64,000 nucleotides of DNA, taken from assembly GCA_963750805.1 (NCBI GenBank), contig CAVVSV010000015.1, positions 7,468-71,467 of the forward strand. The letters are read 5' to 3'. Positions 39,010-48,562 of the stretch are shown in pieces (within the stretch, counting starts at the first letter, position 1; each line of letters starts with the position of its first letter). The DNA is from an uncultured beta proteobacterium (GTDB lineage Bacteria > Pseudomonadota > Gammaproteobacteria > Burkholderiales > Burkholderiaceae_C). Below the pieces are notes generated by a model, which had not been told where the DNA came from, searched no databases, and was given only the letters and a program-made list of their open reading frames with translations. The translations under genes and the position numbers were made by a program.

Positions 39010-39516
39010 ATGGCATCCGTCAACAAAGTCATCATCGTCGGCAACCTGGGCCGTGACCCGGAAGTGCGCTCTTTCCCCAGCGGCGACCGCGTTGCCAACG
39101 TCACCATTGCCACCACCGACAAATGGAAAGACAAGCAATCCAACGAAATGCGTGAAGCCACCGAATGGCACCGTGTGGTGTTCAATGGCCGCCTGGCTGA
39201 AATTGTTGAACAGTACTTGCGAAAAGGCTCACAGGTGTACGTGGAAGGCTCTCTGCGCACCCGCAAGTGGACCGACAAAGATGGTCAGGAAAAGTACACC
39301 ACCGAAATCCGGGCCGACCAGATGCAGATGCTGGGCGGCCGCCAGGGCATGGGCGGCCCTTCCGGTGAAGATGAAGGCGGTGGCGGCAGTTACGACAGCG
39401 CGCCGCGCCGTCCGGCTCCGGCTTCGCGCCCGGCGCCCCAGGCACCCCGTCAGGCGCCAGCCCCGGTCAAATCAGCCAGCGGATTTGATGACATGGATGA
39501 CGACATTCCGTTTTGA
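39010..39516 (+). CDS. ssb: single-stranded DNA-binding protein
   Basis: OB fold (TEWHRVV), a Gly/Pro-rich tail and the C-terminal DDDIPF. Confidence 0.95.
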   Translation: MASVNKVIIVGNLGRDPEVRSFPSGDRVANVTIATTDKWKDKQSNEMREATEWHRVVFNGRLAEIVEQYLRKGSQVYVEGSLRTRKWTDKDGQEKYTTEIRADQMQMLGGRQGMGGPSGEDEGGGGSYDSAPRRPAPASRPAPQAPRQAPAPVKSASGFDDMDDDIPF

Positions 39517-39558
39517 CCTGTCATTCTTTTTCCCCCGAATTTTTGGAGTATCACTGCC

Positions 39559-39993
39559 ATGACAACGTCCGCTGCCGGTCTGCCCCCCTTTCACCTGGCT
39601 TTTCCGGTCAACAATCTCGCTGAGGCCCGCAAGTTTTATGGCGAACTGCTGGGTTGCCCGGAAGGGCGCAGCTCGGACGAGTGGATTGACTTCAATTTCT
39701 ATGGTCACCAGATCGTGGCCCACCTGGTGGCGGGTGAAAAAGCGAAGCGCCCCACCAATGCCGTGGATGGCCATGACGTACCCGTGCCGCATTTCGGCGT
39801 GGTGTTGCCGATGGCACAGTGGCAGACACTGGCCGACAAGCTGACAGCAGCGGGCACCGAATTCATCATCAAGCCCTATGTCCGCTTCAAGGGCGAAGTG
39901 GGCGAGCAGGCCACCATGTTTTTTCTGGACCCCAGCGGCACGGCGCTGGAGTTCAAGTCGTTTGCCGATCTGGGTTCGCTGTTCGCGAAGTAG
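39559..39993 (+). CDS. VOC (glyoxalase/bleomycin-resistance/dioxygenase) family protein
   Basis: 144 aa with a [12 protein letters not shown]-terminus typical of VOC folds. Confidence 0.7.
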   Translation: MTTSAAGLPPFHLAFPVNNLAEARKFYGELLGCPEGRSSDEWIDFNFYGHQIVAHLVAGEKAKRPTNAVDGHDVPVPHFGVVLPMAQWQTLADKLTAAGTEFIIKPYVRFKGEVGEQATMFFLDPSGTALEFKSFADLGSLFAK

Positions 39994-40426
39994 CGCTTTG
40001 AGGGCTTGAACCCTCGGCAACACGCTCTGCGGCCCGTTCTGCATATTTGTTGAAACGCCAGGCTGTGCCATCCATGCTGATGCGGCGCCACACCTGGCGC
40101 TTTTCAACCGGGCGCAAGTCCACCCAGTGCTGAACCTCGGCAAAGCTTCTGCCGCAGCCCTTGCACTGCTCGTCCCCTTGGCTGGTGGAGCAGATGGCTA
40201 TGCAGGGCGTGTCGGGGGTGCTGTGGTACCAGGCCAGCCATGCGTCATAGGCGGCCTTGGGAAACGTGAACTCATCCGCTTCCACTTCGCGGTAAAAAAC
40301 CAGCAGGGCATACACCTCGGCCAAAGCGCGGATTTCGGGGCCCAGCGAAAAGCCATCCGCCGGGGGTTTGCGCTCCCGCCAGTAGTTGATGGCCGACTCG
40401 ATGTCGGTGATGTGAATGCCTGCCAT
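39953..40426 (-). CDS. DUF3717-like / DUF1289-like (Cys-rich) fusion protein
   Basis: The N-terminal half resembles DUF3717. The C-terminal half has the PCIAIC...CKGCGR...EVQHW Cys pattern of DUF1289/YdhL. The domain names are from memory. Confidence 0.55.
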   Translation of the reverse strand: MAGIHITDIESAINYWRERKPPADGFSLGPEIRALAEVYALLVFYREVEADEFTFPKAAYDAWLAWYHSTPDTPCIAICSTSQGDEQCKGCGRSFAEVQHWVDLRPVEKRQVWRRISMDGTAWRFNKYAERAAERVAEGSSPQSATSRTANPDRQTT

Positions 40427-40510
40427 GGGGGTTGAGTAGGGGGCGAATCATAGCCTTTCGAAATCCGTACGGATTGCAAGGTTGACTTACATTGTGTTTC
40501 AATCCAGTCA

Positions 40511-40677
40511 CGAAGGGGAGTAGCTCCCTCTTGTTGCAGCACAGGGAGGTGGTCTGGAAACAGGTTGCCGTTGCAGCGAGTATCAGCAAGTCGTCAATAC
40601 GAAGCACTACAACGATGTAAACCGCTTCCGGCTTGTTGGGCACATATCGCATGATTTCATGCCGAGCGAGACCTTCG
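40511..40677 (+). promoter_or_regulatory. candidate yybP-ykoY (Mn2+) riboswitch
   Basis: 5' CGAAGG|GGAGUAGC ... ACAUAUC-GCAUG-AUUU-CAUGC-CG-AGCGAGA|CCUUCG 3'. The P1 arms CGAAGG and CCUUCG pair. GGGGAGUAG and ACAUA...AGC(A/G)AGACC match the conserved cores of the family. It lies 113 nt upstream of a TerC-family gene. Confidence 0.6.
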
Positions 40678-40789
40678 ATTGTTGCCCTTTGCGGGTTCAG
40701 TCGAAGTGCGCTTGCAACACATTCGTTACAGGTGATTCCCAAACTGTTCTCACCAGGGGTTGTTGATCGAAACGACTCGGAGAACGTTT

Positions 40790-41509
40790 ATGGAATTCAT
40801 GTCCGCCCCCTGGTGGTCAGCCCTGCTGGCCATTGTCCTGATTGACCTCGTACTCGCTGGCGACAACGCCATCGTGATTGCACTGGCGGCGCGCCATTTG
40901 CCCGACAAGCTCAAGCGAAAAGCCATTGTTTGGGGCACGGTCGGCGCCATTGCCGTGCGCTCAGTGATGACCCTGGCCGTCGTCTGGCTGCTGAAGATTC
41001 CCGGACTCATGCTTCTGGGAGGGATGGGATTGATCTGGATCGCCTACAAACTGCTCGCGGATGAAGGCGAAAGTGCACACGACGGGCCGGTCACCACCAC
41101 ATTTTGGGGTGCCATGAAAACAATTGTGGTCGCTGACGCCTTGATGGGTGTTGACAATGTGCTGGGTGTGGCGGGTGCCGCCCATGGCGCCATGGACCTT
41201 GTCATCATCGGCCTTCTGATCAGTGTGCCGATCGTCGTGCTGGGCAGTTCCGTGGTGCTGAAACTGGTGGAGCGATTTCCGGTGATCATTCAGCTGGGAG
41301 CCGCTGTGCTGGCCTTCACGGCAGCCAGCATGATCGTCAAAGAGCCTTTGCTTGACACGGTGTTTGACCCGCCTGAACTGGTGAACACCGTTGCGCGCTG
41401 GAGCACCTACGCTGTGGCAGTAGCGGGCGTCCTGATTGGAGGCTGGTGGGCTGGCAAACGCCAAGCCAACCAGGCCGACAGTACTTCGCGCGCCGGACAA
41501 ACAGTCTGA
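40790..41509 (+). CDS. TerC/YjbE-family integral membrane protein (putative Mn/metal exporter)
   Basis: LAGDNAIVIALAAR and MGVDNVLGVAGAA repeats typical of TerC. The ATG at 40790 is preceded by GGAGA. Confidence 0.8.
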   Translation: MEFMSAPWWSALLAIVLIDLVLAGDNAIVIALAARHLPDKLKRKAIVWGTVGAIAVRSVMTLAVVWLLKIPGLMLLGGMGLIWIAYKLLADEGESAHDGPVTTTFWGAMKTIVVADALMGVDNVLGVAGAAHGAMDLVIIGLLISVPIVVLGSSVVLKLVERFPVIIQLGAAVLAFTAASMIVKEPLLDTVFDPPELVNTVARWSTYAVAVAGVLIGGWWAGKRQANQADSTSRAGQTV

Positions 41510-41560
41510 GCCGCAGCTCATTTTCTTTTCCGATTTTTTTTATCTTCCGAGGAGCTCACC

Positions 41561-42034
41561 ATGGACAAAATCATTGTGTACGTTGACGATGCAGCCCAAG
41601 CGCTGCAACATCTGGCACCCATGAACGGCGGAGACCGGGTTTCTGGCATAGGCAAAGATCGACCCTGCACCCAGTGGATATTGGTATCCTGCCCACCACG
41701 CATGACCCGGCACGTCAGCCGCTGGGTGAGTTACAGCGCGCGTGAAAACTGGCGTCAAAAGTGGAGCGACAACTTGTTTGCGCAAATTGCACCCCTGCTC
41801 AGGGCACGCGGGGACTCTGTGGTGACCCTGGTCGCCAAAGACCCGCTGATTGAACTGACGGAGCGGCTCCGCAAACAGCACGTCGGGGCCCGGGTACTGG
41901 ACGCTCGGCGCCTGCGGTTTGGCCAGGATTTGCAGCCGGTGACGGCTGATCAACCGGTGGAAGGCAACAGCCGCTGGTCTGTACCTGGGGCGTTGGCCGG
42001 AATGGGCGCTCTGCTGGTGCTGGCCGCGGATTGA
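41561..42034 (+). CDS. hypothetical protein with a C-terminal hydrophobic tail
   Basis: 157-aa ORF with a good start context (GAGGAG upstream). No family was recognised. Confidence 0.5.
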   Translation: MDKIIVYVDDAAQALQHLAPMNGGDRVSGIGKDRPCTQWILVSCPPRMTRHVSRWVSYSARENWRQKWSDNLFAQIAPLLRARGDSVVTLVAKDPLIELTERLRKQHVGARVLDARRLRFGQDLQPVTADQPVEGNSRWSVPGALAGMGALLVLAAD

Positions 42035-42092
42035 GTGCTGGTGCCCGGTTTTTATCGAAAGCGGGTACGGCGGTGAGTGCTATTCTCCGGGC

Positions 42093-42449
42093 ATGAAACT
42101 CATTGCGAAATGGCTGCTTAGTGCAGCCGCCCTGCTGGCAGTCGCCCATTTTTACAACGGGGTGGAAGTGACCAGCTTTGGTTCCGCCCTGATTGCCGCG
42201 TTTGTCATCGGGCTGTTCAACACGGTGCTGCGACCGGTGCTGGTGGTGCTGACCCTGCCAGTCACACTGATCACGCTCGGCCTGTTCATGTTTGTCATCA
42301 ATGCGCTGATGTTCTGGGCTGCAGCGGGTGTGCTGGACGGTTTCCATGTGCGCGGCTTTGGTGCTGCGCTGGTTGGCTCCCTGCTTTATTCGCTGCTGGG
42401 CATGGTGATTGAATCAGCGCTCGGCAGCCTGTTCCTTAAGAAGGACTGA
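42093..42449 (+). CDS. small four-TM membrane protein (phage-holin-4_2 / DUF360-like)
   Basis: 118 aa with four hydrophobic helices (FNTVLRPVLVVLTLPVTLITLGLF). Confidence 0.6.
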   Translation: MKLIAKWLLSAAALLAVAHFYNGVEVTSFGSALIAAFVIGLFNTVLRPVLVVLTLPVTLITLGLFMFVINALMFWAAAGVLDGFHVRGFGAALVGSLLYSLLGMVIESALGSLFLKKD

Positions 42450-43988
42450 GTTCTGGCGTGCACGGGTGTCGATGATGGAGGCTTCAATGTGGTCCATCGA
42501 GCCGCGCCGCGCCTGATCCCTGGCGACCTCCTGTGCCGCTTTGAAGCGGTCATTGGCACCTGCAAAATCAAGGTGGGCGACTTGAACCTCGGCCTCTGCC
42601 CGAATCGCGCGCAGCGTCTGACCTTGTGCCGCATAGGCGCTGGACAAGGCCTGCCAGGCCAAGGCGTCGCGTGGGTGGCTTGCCACCCAGGTTTGCAGTT
42701 GCTGGGCCGCCAGTGCCGCTTGCGCGGAGGTGCCTGAGCGGATCATGCCCTGGGCGCTCAGCATGAGTTCGGGTCGGCGAACGCCACCAGCGCCGCCGTC
42801 TGACACCTTGTTGCCTTCCATCAATGCCACAGCGGTCCGTGCGTCATTGGCAGCCAGTGCTATTTCGGCGGCGAGCAATGTGACCTGCCGGATGGCGGGG
42901 GCATCTTGTCGCGTCAGTTCGGTCAGTTGACGCATCAGAGGGGGCAGCGCAGCGAATTCCCGTAATTTGACGCCCGCCAACACGGCGCCATACAGGGTGG
43001 CCACTTGGCGGGGCCGATCAAGTTTGATGAATTCTGATCCGCTGGCGTGTGCGGCCCACTTACGCAAATCATCAACGCCCGAATTGGAAAGCACATTGGC
43101 CCTGGCCGAAATCATGAAGTGCTCCAGGACGGGGGGCGTGGCGGGCAGTGTTGTTTTGCCAAGCTGTGCGCGTGTCTGCATGTCCGCGATACGCTCGGTC
43201 GTCAACGGGTGGCTGCGCAAATACGGGTAGTTGCCGTTGTCATTGAGGCGTGAGGCGTTTTGCAATTTGTCGAACATGGTGACAAAGCCCTGGGCCTCAA
43301 ACCCGGCTTGGGTCATGACGCCAAAACCAACGCGGTCTGCCTCGCGTTCCATGTCCCGAGAGAAATTGAGCTGGCTTTGCGCCGCCACAGCTTGCCCACC
43401 GGCGATCAGGGCATTGGCGGTATCGGCACTTTTGCTGGCTGCCAATGCGCCCAGGATCATGGCGCCAATCACCCAAGGTGTTTGCGCATTTTGTTTGGAT
43501 ATCAGGCGTGAGATATGGCGCTGTGTGACGTGGCTCAGTTCGTGGCCCAGCACGGAAGCCAGTTCATCGCGGCTGGTGACCACGGAAAGCAACCCTAAAT
43601 GCAGTCCCAAATAGCCACCCGGCAAGGCGAAGGCGTTCACTGTCCTGTCGCGGCCCATCATCACTTCAAACGCAAAACGCTCATCCAGTTCGGGGGACAA
43701 CTCGCCACGCAGGCGCGCTGCCGCCAGCAAGGGTTGCCAGATGCCTTGGACGTACTCAACCAGCACCGGGTCGTCAATGAAATCGGGGTCGCGGTAAATC
43801 TCCCGTGCGATGCGGTCGCCCATGCGCCGCTCGGCGCTGAGCGTCAGATCGCTGCCATCGCCCAGGTTGGGCAATTGGGCGCTGCTGTTGGCGGCAGGCA
43901 GCCCTCCAGACGGTGCCTGCGCCATGAGCGGAATGCCTGACCAAGCCCAAATTGCTACCAAAAGTGTAGCTAATAATATCCGTCTCAC
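42414..43988 (-). CDS. periplasmic M48-family metalloprotease with TPR domain (BepA/YfgC-like)
   Basis: HELSHVTQRH zinc motif and a C-terminal TPR-like region. The GTG at 43988 gives a classical signal peptide (MRRILLATLLVAIWAW...AQA). The ORF is open to 44135. Confidence 0.8.
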   Translation of the reverse strand: MRRILLATLLVAIWAWSGIPLMAQAPSGGLPAANSSAQLPNLGDGSDLTLSAERRMGDRIAREIYRDPDFIDDPVLVEYVQGIWQPLLAAARLRGELSPELDERFAFEVMMGRDRTVNAFALPGGYLGLHLGLLSVVTSRDELASVLGHELSHVTQRHISRLISKQNAQTPWVIGAMILGALAASKSADTANALIAGGQAVAAQSQLNFSRDMEREADRVGFGVMTQAGFEAQGFVTMFDKLQNASRLNDNGNYPYLRSHPLTTERIADMQTRAQLGKTTLPATPPVLEHFMISARANVLSNSGVDDLRKWAAHASGSEFIKLDRPRQVATLYGAVLAGVKLREFAALPPLMRQLTELTRQDAPAIRQVTLLAAEIALAANDARTAVALMEGNKVSDGGAGGVRRPELMLSAQGMIRSGTSAQAALAAQQLQTWVASHPRDALAWQALSSAYAAQGQTLRAIRAEAEVQVAHLDFAGANDRFKAAQEVARDQARRGSMDHIEASIIDTRARQNSVLLKEQAAER

Positions 43989-43995
43989 GGGGACT
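43954..43995 (+). repeat. dispersed tripartite motif, copy 9 (5' end of M48 protease gene, antisense)
   Basis: GCTAC CAAAAGTG TAGC TAATAATATCCGTCTCAC GGGGACT. Confidence 0.65.
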
Positions 43996-44155
43996 TTGGG
44001 GCTGAATGACTGTTGAATAGGGCTCAAAGTGATTCTCGGGACGTAAAAACGAAAGCACCGCCAAGTCGATGGCTTGTGCGAGTCAGTGTCGCATGATGCC
44101 GCATGGTTCCATGGCATTGCACAGACACGCGTCAAGCTCAGGTAAAGTTTGTGTC

Positions 44156-44656
44156 ATGAACCCAACTTCCCAAACGCTCACTCACTTCGATGCCCAAGGC
44201 CAGGCCCACATGGTGGACGTGGCTGCCAAGGCCAGTACCCATCGCATTGCCATCGCCGTGGGCCGAATCGACATGCTGCCGGCCACACTGGCGCTGATTG
44301 AAGCAGGTACAGCCAAAAAAGGTGATGTGCTGGGCATTGCGCGCATTGCCGGCATTCAGGCGGCCAAAAAAACCAGCGACCTGATTCCCTTATGCCATCC
44401 GTTGGCTTTGACTCGGGTTGCTATTGAATTTGAAGCAAACAATTCAACAGTGACTGGGACTACAGGCATTATTTGCACTGCAACTGTGGAAACAGTCGGT
44501 CCTACGGGTGTAGAGATGGAAGCTTTGACCGCTGTACAGGTGGCCTTGCTCACCATCTACGATATGTGCAAGGCGGTGGACCGTGGCATGACGATCAACG
44601 ATGTGAAAGTTCGCGAGAAGCATGGGGGCAAGTCGGGGAGTTTTGTAAACGGCTGA
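44156..44656 (+). CDS. moaC: cyclic pyranopterin monophosphate synthase
   Basis: IPLCHPL and GVEMEALTA motifs. Confidence 0.9.
   Translation: MNPTSQTLTHFDAQGQAHMVDVAAKASTHRIAIAVGRIDMLPATLALIEAGTAKKGDVLGIARIAGIQAAKKTSDLIPLCHPLALTRVAIEFEANNSTVTGTTGIICTATVETVGPTGVEMEALTAVQVALLTIYDMCKAVDRGMTINDVKVREKHGGKSGSFVNG
44420..44461 (+). repeat. dispersed tripartite motif, copy 10 (moaC, sense)
   Basis: GCTAT TGAATTTG AAGC AAACAATTCAACAGTGAC TGGGACT. Confidence 0.6.
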
Positions 44657-44680
44657 TGCAAGTCCGATCAAAGAACACAG

Positions 44681-46192
44681 TCACCCCGGGTTTTTCAGAA
44701 TCCATTTCGCGTAATCGGCCGGAAACGCGGCCTGAAGCCGCAGCAGGAAATATTTGGCCTCCTGGTCATGGCCCAACAACATAGCGCTTTCGATCAGCTT
44801 GATGGCAACCTTGGCCTCCGGAGAAAAATGCAAAAGCTCGTGGGCAATCTCGTTCAGATGTGAAGCGTTGTCTTGGGTGACAGCCGTTGTCGTCAACTCG
44901 GCAAACTTGATCTGATTTTGGAACAGCCATGAATCCTTGACCTTGTCGAAAGTGTCCTCGCGGTAGGCAGCATCGCGCATTTTGGGAATCATGTAAATCT
45001 GGCTGATGCGGTGATAGTCCCAACTTGCGTAGCCAATGCATGCTATGAATACAAAAGCAAACATACCAATAGTCACGCGGACTTGAGGCCAATATTTACC
45101 CCAATCAGGTTGCCAGAGAAGGGCTATGCACAAGCCGAAGGCAATTTGAAAAGGCCCGTACCACAGCGGGTACTCCACCATGCTGTGCAACAGAATGACT
45201 GCCATCACGCCCCATGCCATCTGCCGCGTGGCGTCTTGCTCCCGCCATGGTCTGGCGCGAAAAATCAACCACAGCCCGGTGCCGCAAATTAGTAGTGAAG
45301 CTGGCACACCCAGTTCAACGGCGAGATGCAAAGGCAGGTTGTGGGCATTGTCCAGAATGTCGCAAAACCGTTCGCCCGGGTACAGGGTGACAAAGTGGGC
45401 ATAGTCCAGATTGCCCCAGCCCCAACCCAGCCAGGGTTTTTGCGCGATGAGGTGGAGGACGTTGCTCCAAAGGACGAGGCGGCTGGCGCACTGGAGTGGT
45501 TTTTCTTTCATCCGGCCGAGGATGCCGCTGTCACCAAACCCCATTCCAGCCAAAAGTGGCAGGACAAGGGATGCCAGAAAGTAGGCGACAACAGCGACAA
45601 CCAACAGACTGCGAATGGTTTTGTGATTCAGCAAGCGCCAAACACCAAACAGGCAAACCACCAGAGCAAGTTGCAGGGTACCCGTGCGTGACGCCGAGGC
45701 TGAGTTGGCCGTCCCCAATATTGCTGCAGCAACGAGCAGTGTCGGCGTGGACATCATCGGTGGCATAGGTCCCGTGCTGAGTTGGTCGCCAGATTTCTGC
45801 CCCGCTTGGCTGGATTCGCGCCCGTCCGCGAACCAGATCAGTGCAGCAAGCCCAATGTTGATCAACGATGCAAAGAGATTGCGCTGGCGCAGATTGCCAT
45901 AGGCCATGCCTACTTCGGTACTGTTAACCCAGGGGCTGAATACCGCTGCTTCACCGAAGTACTGCAGAAGGCCAAACAATGCATTGAAAAGTGCAGCGGC
46001 CATCCAGGCCAAGGCAATAGCCGGTGTGTTGATCCTGGCACCGAATTGTATTTGCCAGCAACTCCACGCAGCCACAAATGCGCAACCACAAAACCACGAA
46101 AAAATAAGCGGATTGACGGCTGGAGAGGGACCTGGCGCAAAGGGGTTGAGCCACGGCAGCAAAAAAAGAAAAAAGACCAAAGAAAATGGCAT
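44681..46192 (-). CDS. PglL/Wzy_C-type O-oligosaccharyltransferase-like membrane protein (putative pilin glycosylation ligase)
   Basis: 503-aa multi-pass protein with an O-antigen-ligase-like core and the PWLNPFAPGPS N-terminus seen in PglL/PilO-type enzymes. It lies in the pilA gene string. Confidence 0.65.
   Translation of the reverse strand: MPFSLVFFLFLLPWLNPFAPGPSPAVNPLIFSWFCGCAFVAAWSCWQIQFGARINTPAIALAWMAAALFNALFGLLQYFGEAAVFSPWVNSTEVGMAYGNLRQRNLFASLINIGLAALIWFADGRESSQAGQKSGDQLSTGPMPPMMSTPTLLVAAAILGTANSASASRTGTLQLALVVCLFGVWRLLNHKTIRSLLVVAVVAYFLASLVLPLLAGMGFGDSGILGRMKEKPLQCASRLVLWSNVLHLIAQKPWLGWGWGNLDYAHFVTLYPGERFCDILDNAHNLPLHLAVELGVPASLLICGTGLWLIFRARPWREQDATRQMAWGVMAVILLHSMVEYPLWYGPFQIAFGLCIALLWQPDWGKYWPQVRVTIGMFAFVFIACIGYASWDYHRISQIYMIPKMRDAAYREDTFDKVKDSWLFQNQIKFAELTTTAVTQDNASHLNEIAHELLHFSPEAKVAIKLIESAMLLGHDQEAKYFLLRLQAAFPADYAKWILKNPG
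45042..45083 (+). repeat. dispersed tripartite motif, copy 11 (pglL-like gene, antisense)
   Basis: GCTAT GAATACAA AAGC AAACATACCAATAGTCAC GCGGACT, followed by TGAGG as in copy 13. Confidence 0.6.
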
Positions 46193-46211
46193 TTAACAGG
46201 ACAACCTGTTC

Positions 46212-47867
46212 TCAGCGGATCTTGTCACACCCGCGTTTGGAGAAACTACAGCTGACCCGGTAATCTGCCTGGGCTTTCTTTGTTTCGCCCATCTTTTCAT
46301 AGGCCTGCGCGCGGCCGTATACATAGCGGGGACTCAACGATTTGCCAAGGGTCTGGGCCAGATCAATCGCTGCGGTGAATCCGTCGATGGCGTTCTTCCA
46401 GTCGTCTTTGTTGAAATACGCAGCGCCCAGATTGCCATACGCCTCAGGGAAATTCTTGTTCAAGGCAATGGCTTGTTTGAAATCCTTAACGGCTTGATCA
46501 GCATTGCCAAAGTTGAGCCATTCCGTGCCCCGGTTGTAATAGATCCGGTAAGCACCCGGAACGTCCTGGCGATCTTTGACCAGCTTTTCAGCATCGTCCC
46601 AAATAAACACAGGCTGCGAAAGCGTCATCAACCTCTCCATGGACACCAGAAACATGACCCCCGCAACCGGAATCAGGACCATACCCGCCACCCGCCCGTT
46701 AACTCGTGAAAGAACAACGGGAACTGCACAAAACGCACCCACCGCCCACAGGTAACTTCGGTAAAGCACAAAGACTTCCTGTGCACGCACTGACGACATC
46801 TCGGTAAAAAACATGAGCCATGGGAACACCATGGCGAAGCCCAACAGCCCGCGTTGTCCCCTTTGCCGCAGCAACCAGACTGCAACTGTTCCCCACGCTA
46901 GAAAACCGAGCCCTGCCAACAAGTAGGTTGAAAAAATTGCGGGTGCAAATGGCTCCCGCATGTCAATGGACATCCACACCGGGTTGGGGAATATCCACAA
47001 AAAAACGTACTTGAAAAAAAGCCAGCACTGCGTCAGCATGCTGAGTGGGTAAGCCAATTCACCTTCATTGGCCAGCATGGAGGCTGCGTCAATTTCGTAG
47101 ACCGATCCCAGCAAGCCTTTTCGGGTCAACACCACGGATACGGCAATCAGCGCGAGTGACGCAAAAATGGCCCAACGTTCTTTCATCTTGGCCAACCAGT
47201 CCGCGTGAATCAACACGGTCAGCGCCAGCAAAGCGGGCAGCAACATGATGGCGTGTTCTTTGCAGAAAACCGCCAGGTAATACAGGGGCACAGTGAGCCA
47301 AAGCCACACCAAGCGTTGTCGCGCACTGCCGTGAACATAAGCCAGCATGGTCAGCAAGCTGAACAAGGTTGCCATCACTGTGGTGCGTTGAACGAGGTAG
47401 CCAGCGGCATAGGTTGCGACGGGGTTGAGCGCAAAGAGAAGCGCCGCAAAAAAAGCGATCCAGGGGGACGACATGGCCTTGTCCAAAGGCTGGCGATGGC
47501 TGCCAATGCCCACAACTTTCATCATCGCGTAGAGAAAAAAATACAGCGCCACCACGACGGTCGCATGCAGCAGCAAACCTCCGAGGCGGAAGTTGATCAA
47601 ATCTAGGCCGAACCACGCCTTGGTCCAGGCCAGAGTGGCATAGGGGAGGGATCGCAACTCCAAAAAGTTGAATCGGTAGGACGACACGGGCTGAGTCCCC
47701 ATGTCGTCCAACATGAAGAAGTACATGTCGTCGAAGATGATCGGATTCCAAAGGAACTGCCCGTAGAGCGCGCCGATGGCCGATACCAGCAGCACACAGG
47801 CCACCCCAATTTTTCGTTGGATAGGGTTCAATTGGGTGTGATCTCCGCTTACGCTGTGGAAGTCCAA
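46212..47867 (-). CDS. multi-pass membrane protein with C-terminal TPR repeats (GT-C / PMT-TMTC-like)
   Basis: About 11 TM helices, an acidic DD motif in the first loop (IIFDDMYFF), and C-terminal TPR repeats (AYGNLGAAYFNKDDWKNAIDGF). The only in-frame start upstream of TM1 is the TTG at 47867. Confidence 0.65.
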   Translation of the reverse strand: MDFHSVSGDHTQLNPIQRKIGVACVLLVSAIGALYGQFLWNPIIFDDMYFFMLDDMGTQPVSSYRFNFLELRSLPYATLAWTKAWFGLDLINFRLGGLLLHATVVVALYFFLYAMMKVVGIGSHRQPLDKAMSSPWIAFFAALLFALNPVATYAAGYLVQRTTVMATLFSLLTMLAYVHGSARQRLVWLWLTVPLYYLAVFCKEHAIMLLPALLALTVLIHADWLAKMKERWAIFASLALIAVSVVLTRKGLLGSVYEIDAASMLANEGELAYPLSMLTQCWLFFKYVFLWIFPNPVWMSIDMREPFAPAIFSTYLLAGLGFLAWGTVAVWLLRQRGQRGLLGFAMVFPWLMFFTEMSSVRAQEVFVLYRSYLWAVGAFCAVPVVLSRVNGRVAGMVLIPVAGVMFLVSMERLMTLSQPVFIWDDAEKLVKDRQDVPGAYRIYYNRGTEWLNFGNADQAVKDFKQAIALNKNFPEAYGNLGAAYFNKDDWKNAIDGFTAAIDLAQTLGKSLSPRYVYGRAQAYEKMGETKKAQADYRVSCSFSKRGCDKIR

Positions 47868-47873
47868 AATGAA

Positions 47874-47897
47874 ACAGGCCGCACTGAGGCGGCCTGT
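47874..47897 (-). terminator. rho-independent terminator after pilA
   Basis: On the minus strand: ACAGGCCGC-CUCAGU-GCGGCCUGU followed by UUCAUUUU. The stem is 9 bp and perfect. Confidence 0.7.
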
Positions 47898-47941
47898 GAA
47901 TCAGTCAGGTCTGTACCGGACTGACCTGGTCAATGCACAAA

Positions 47942-48385
47942 TCAATTGTTCTTGTTGATAAGTTCAATGGCTGTTGCGTTGGTGACTGTGGTTGTGTTCG
48001 CCCAAGTCACATTGGACGTTCCTACATTTGGAGTGAAAGTAATAGTCTGTCCGTCAACGCCAGTACCAACACCGGTGGCAAATGTAACGGTAATGATGCC
48101 ACCAGTTGCGCCGCCAACTGTACCAGAGGCAAGTTCCTTAGTTGCGGTGAATGCTGGGATACCGCTAGATCCTGTAACACAACCCGTCAAAGTACCACCA
48201 GCTTCTTGCGCACACAGGCCAACTGCGGTCTTAAGCGAGGCCACGGATGACAAAGCTGCGCCAACTTTGGCCTTAATGATGTAGTTCTGGTATGCAGGCA
48301 GAGCCACAGCAGCCAGAATACCGATGATCGCAACAACGATCATCAACTCGATCAGGGTAAAACCCTTTTGCAGAGAACGTTTCAT
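47942..48385 (-). CDS. pilA: type IV major pilin
   Basis: The class III signal peptide and N-terminus ([35 protein letters not shown]) are diagnostic. AAGGAG lies 7 nt upstream of the ATG. Confidence 0.95.
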   Translation of the reverse strand: MKRSLQKGFTLIELMIVVAIIGILAAVALPAYQNYIIKAKVGAALSSVASLKTAVGLCAQEAGGTLTGCVTGSSGIPAFTATKELASGTVGGATGGIITVTFATGVGTGVDGQTITFTPNVGTSNVTWANTTTVTNATAIELINKNN

Positions 48386-48433
48386 AGAAAAACTCCTTGG
48401 TGAATTAAAAAAACCGACTAGGCAAGGACTTAC

Positions 48434-48449
48434 CGCAGATTCCGTGCCA
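48434..48449 (-). promoter_or_regulatory. sigma-54 (-24/-12) promoter candidate for pilA
   Basis: The minus strand reads CTGGCACGGAATCTGCG, against the consensus YTGGCACGR-N3-TTGCW. It lies about 50-65 nt upstream of the pilA ATG. Confidence 0.6.
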
Positions 48450-48562
48450 GCTATTTACAGGGTGAAATACGATTGCCGGGTATCTGAAGCTAGCAAAAAT
48501 GGCGGAAAAGTTTAATCTCGAATGATCAACGCAAAACGAAATGACATTTTTGTCACTCGACT

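Noticed and set aside
40272-40742. 156-aa minus-strand ORF covering the TerC leader region.
   Set aside because: It overlaps the riboswitch-like structure and part of the DUF3717-like gene. It has no start context and no recognisable family.
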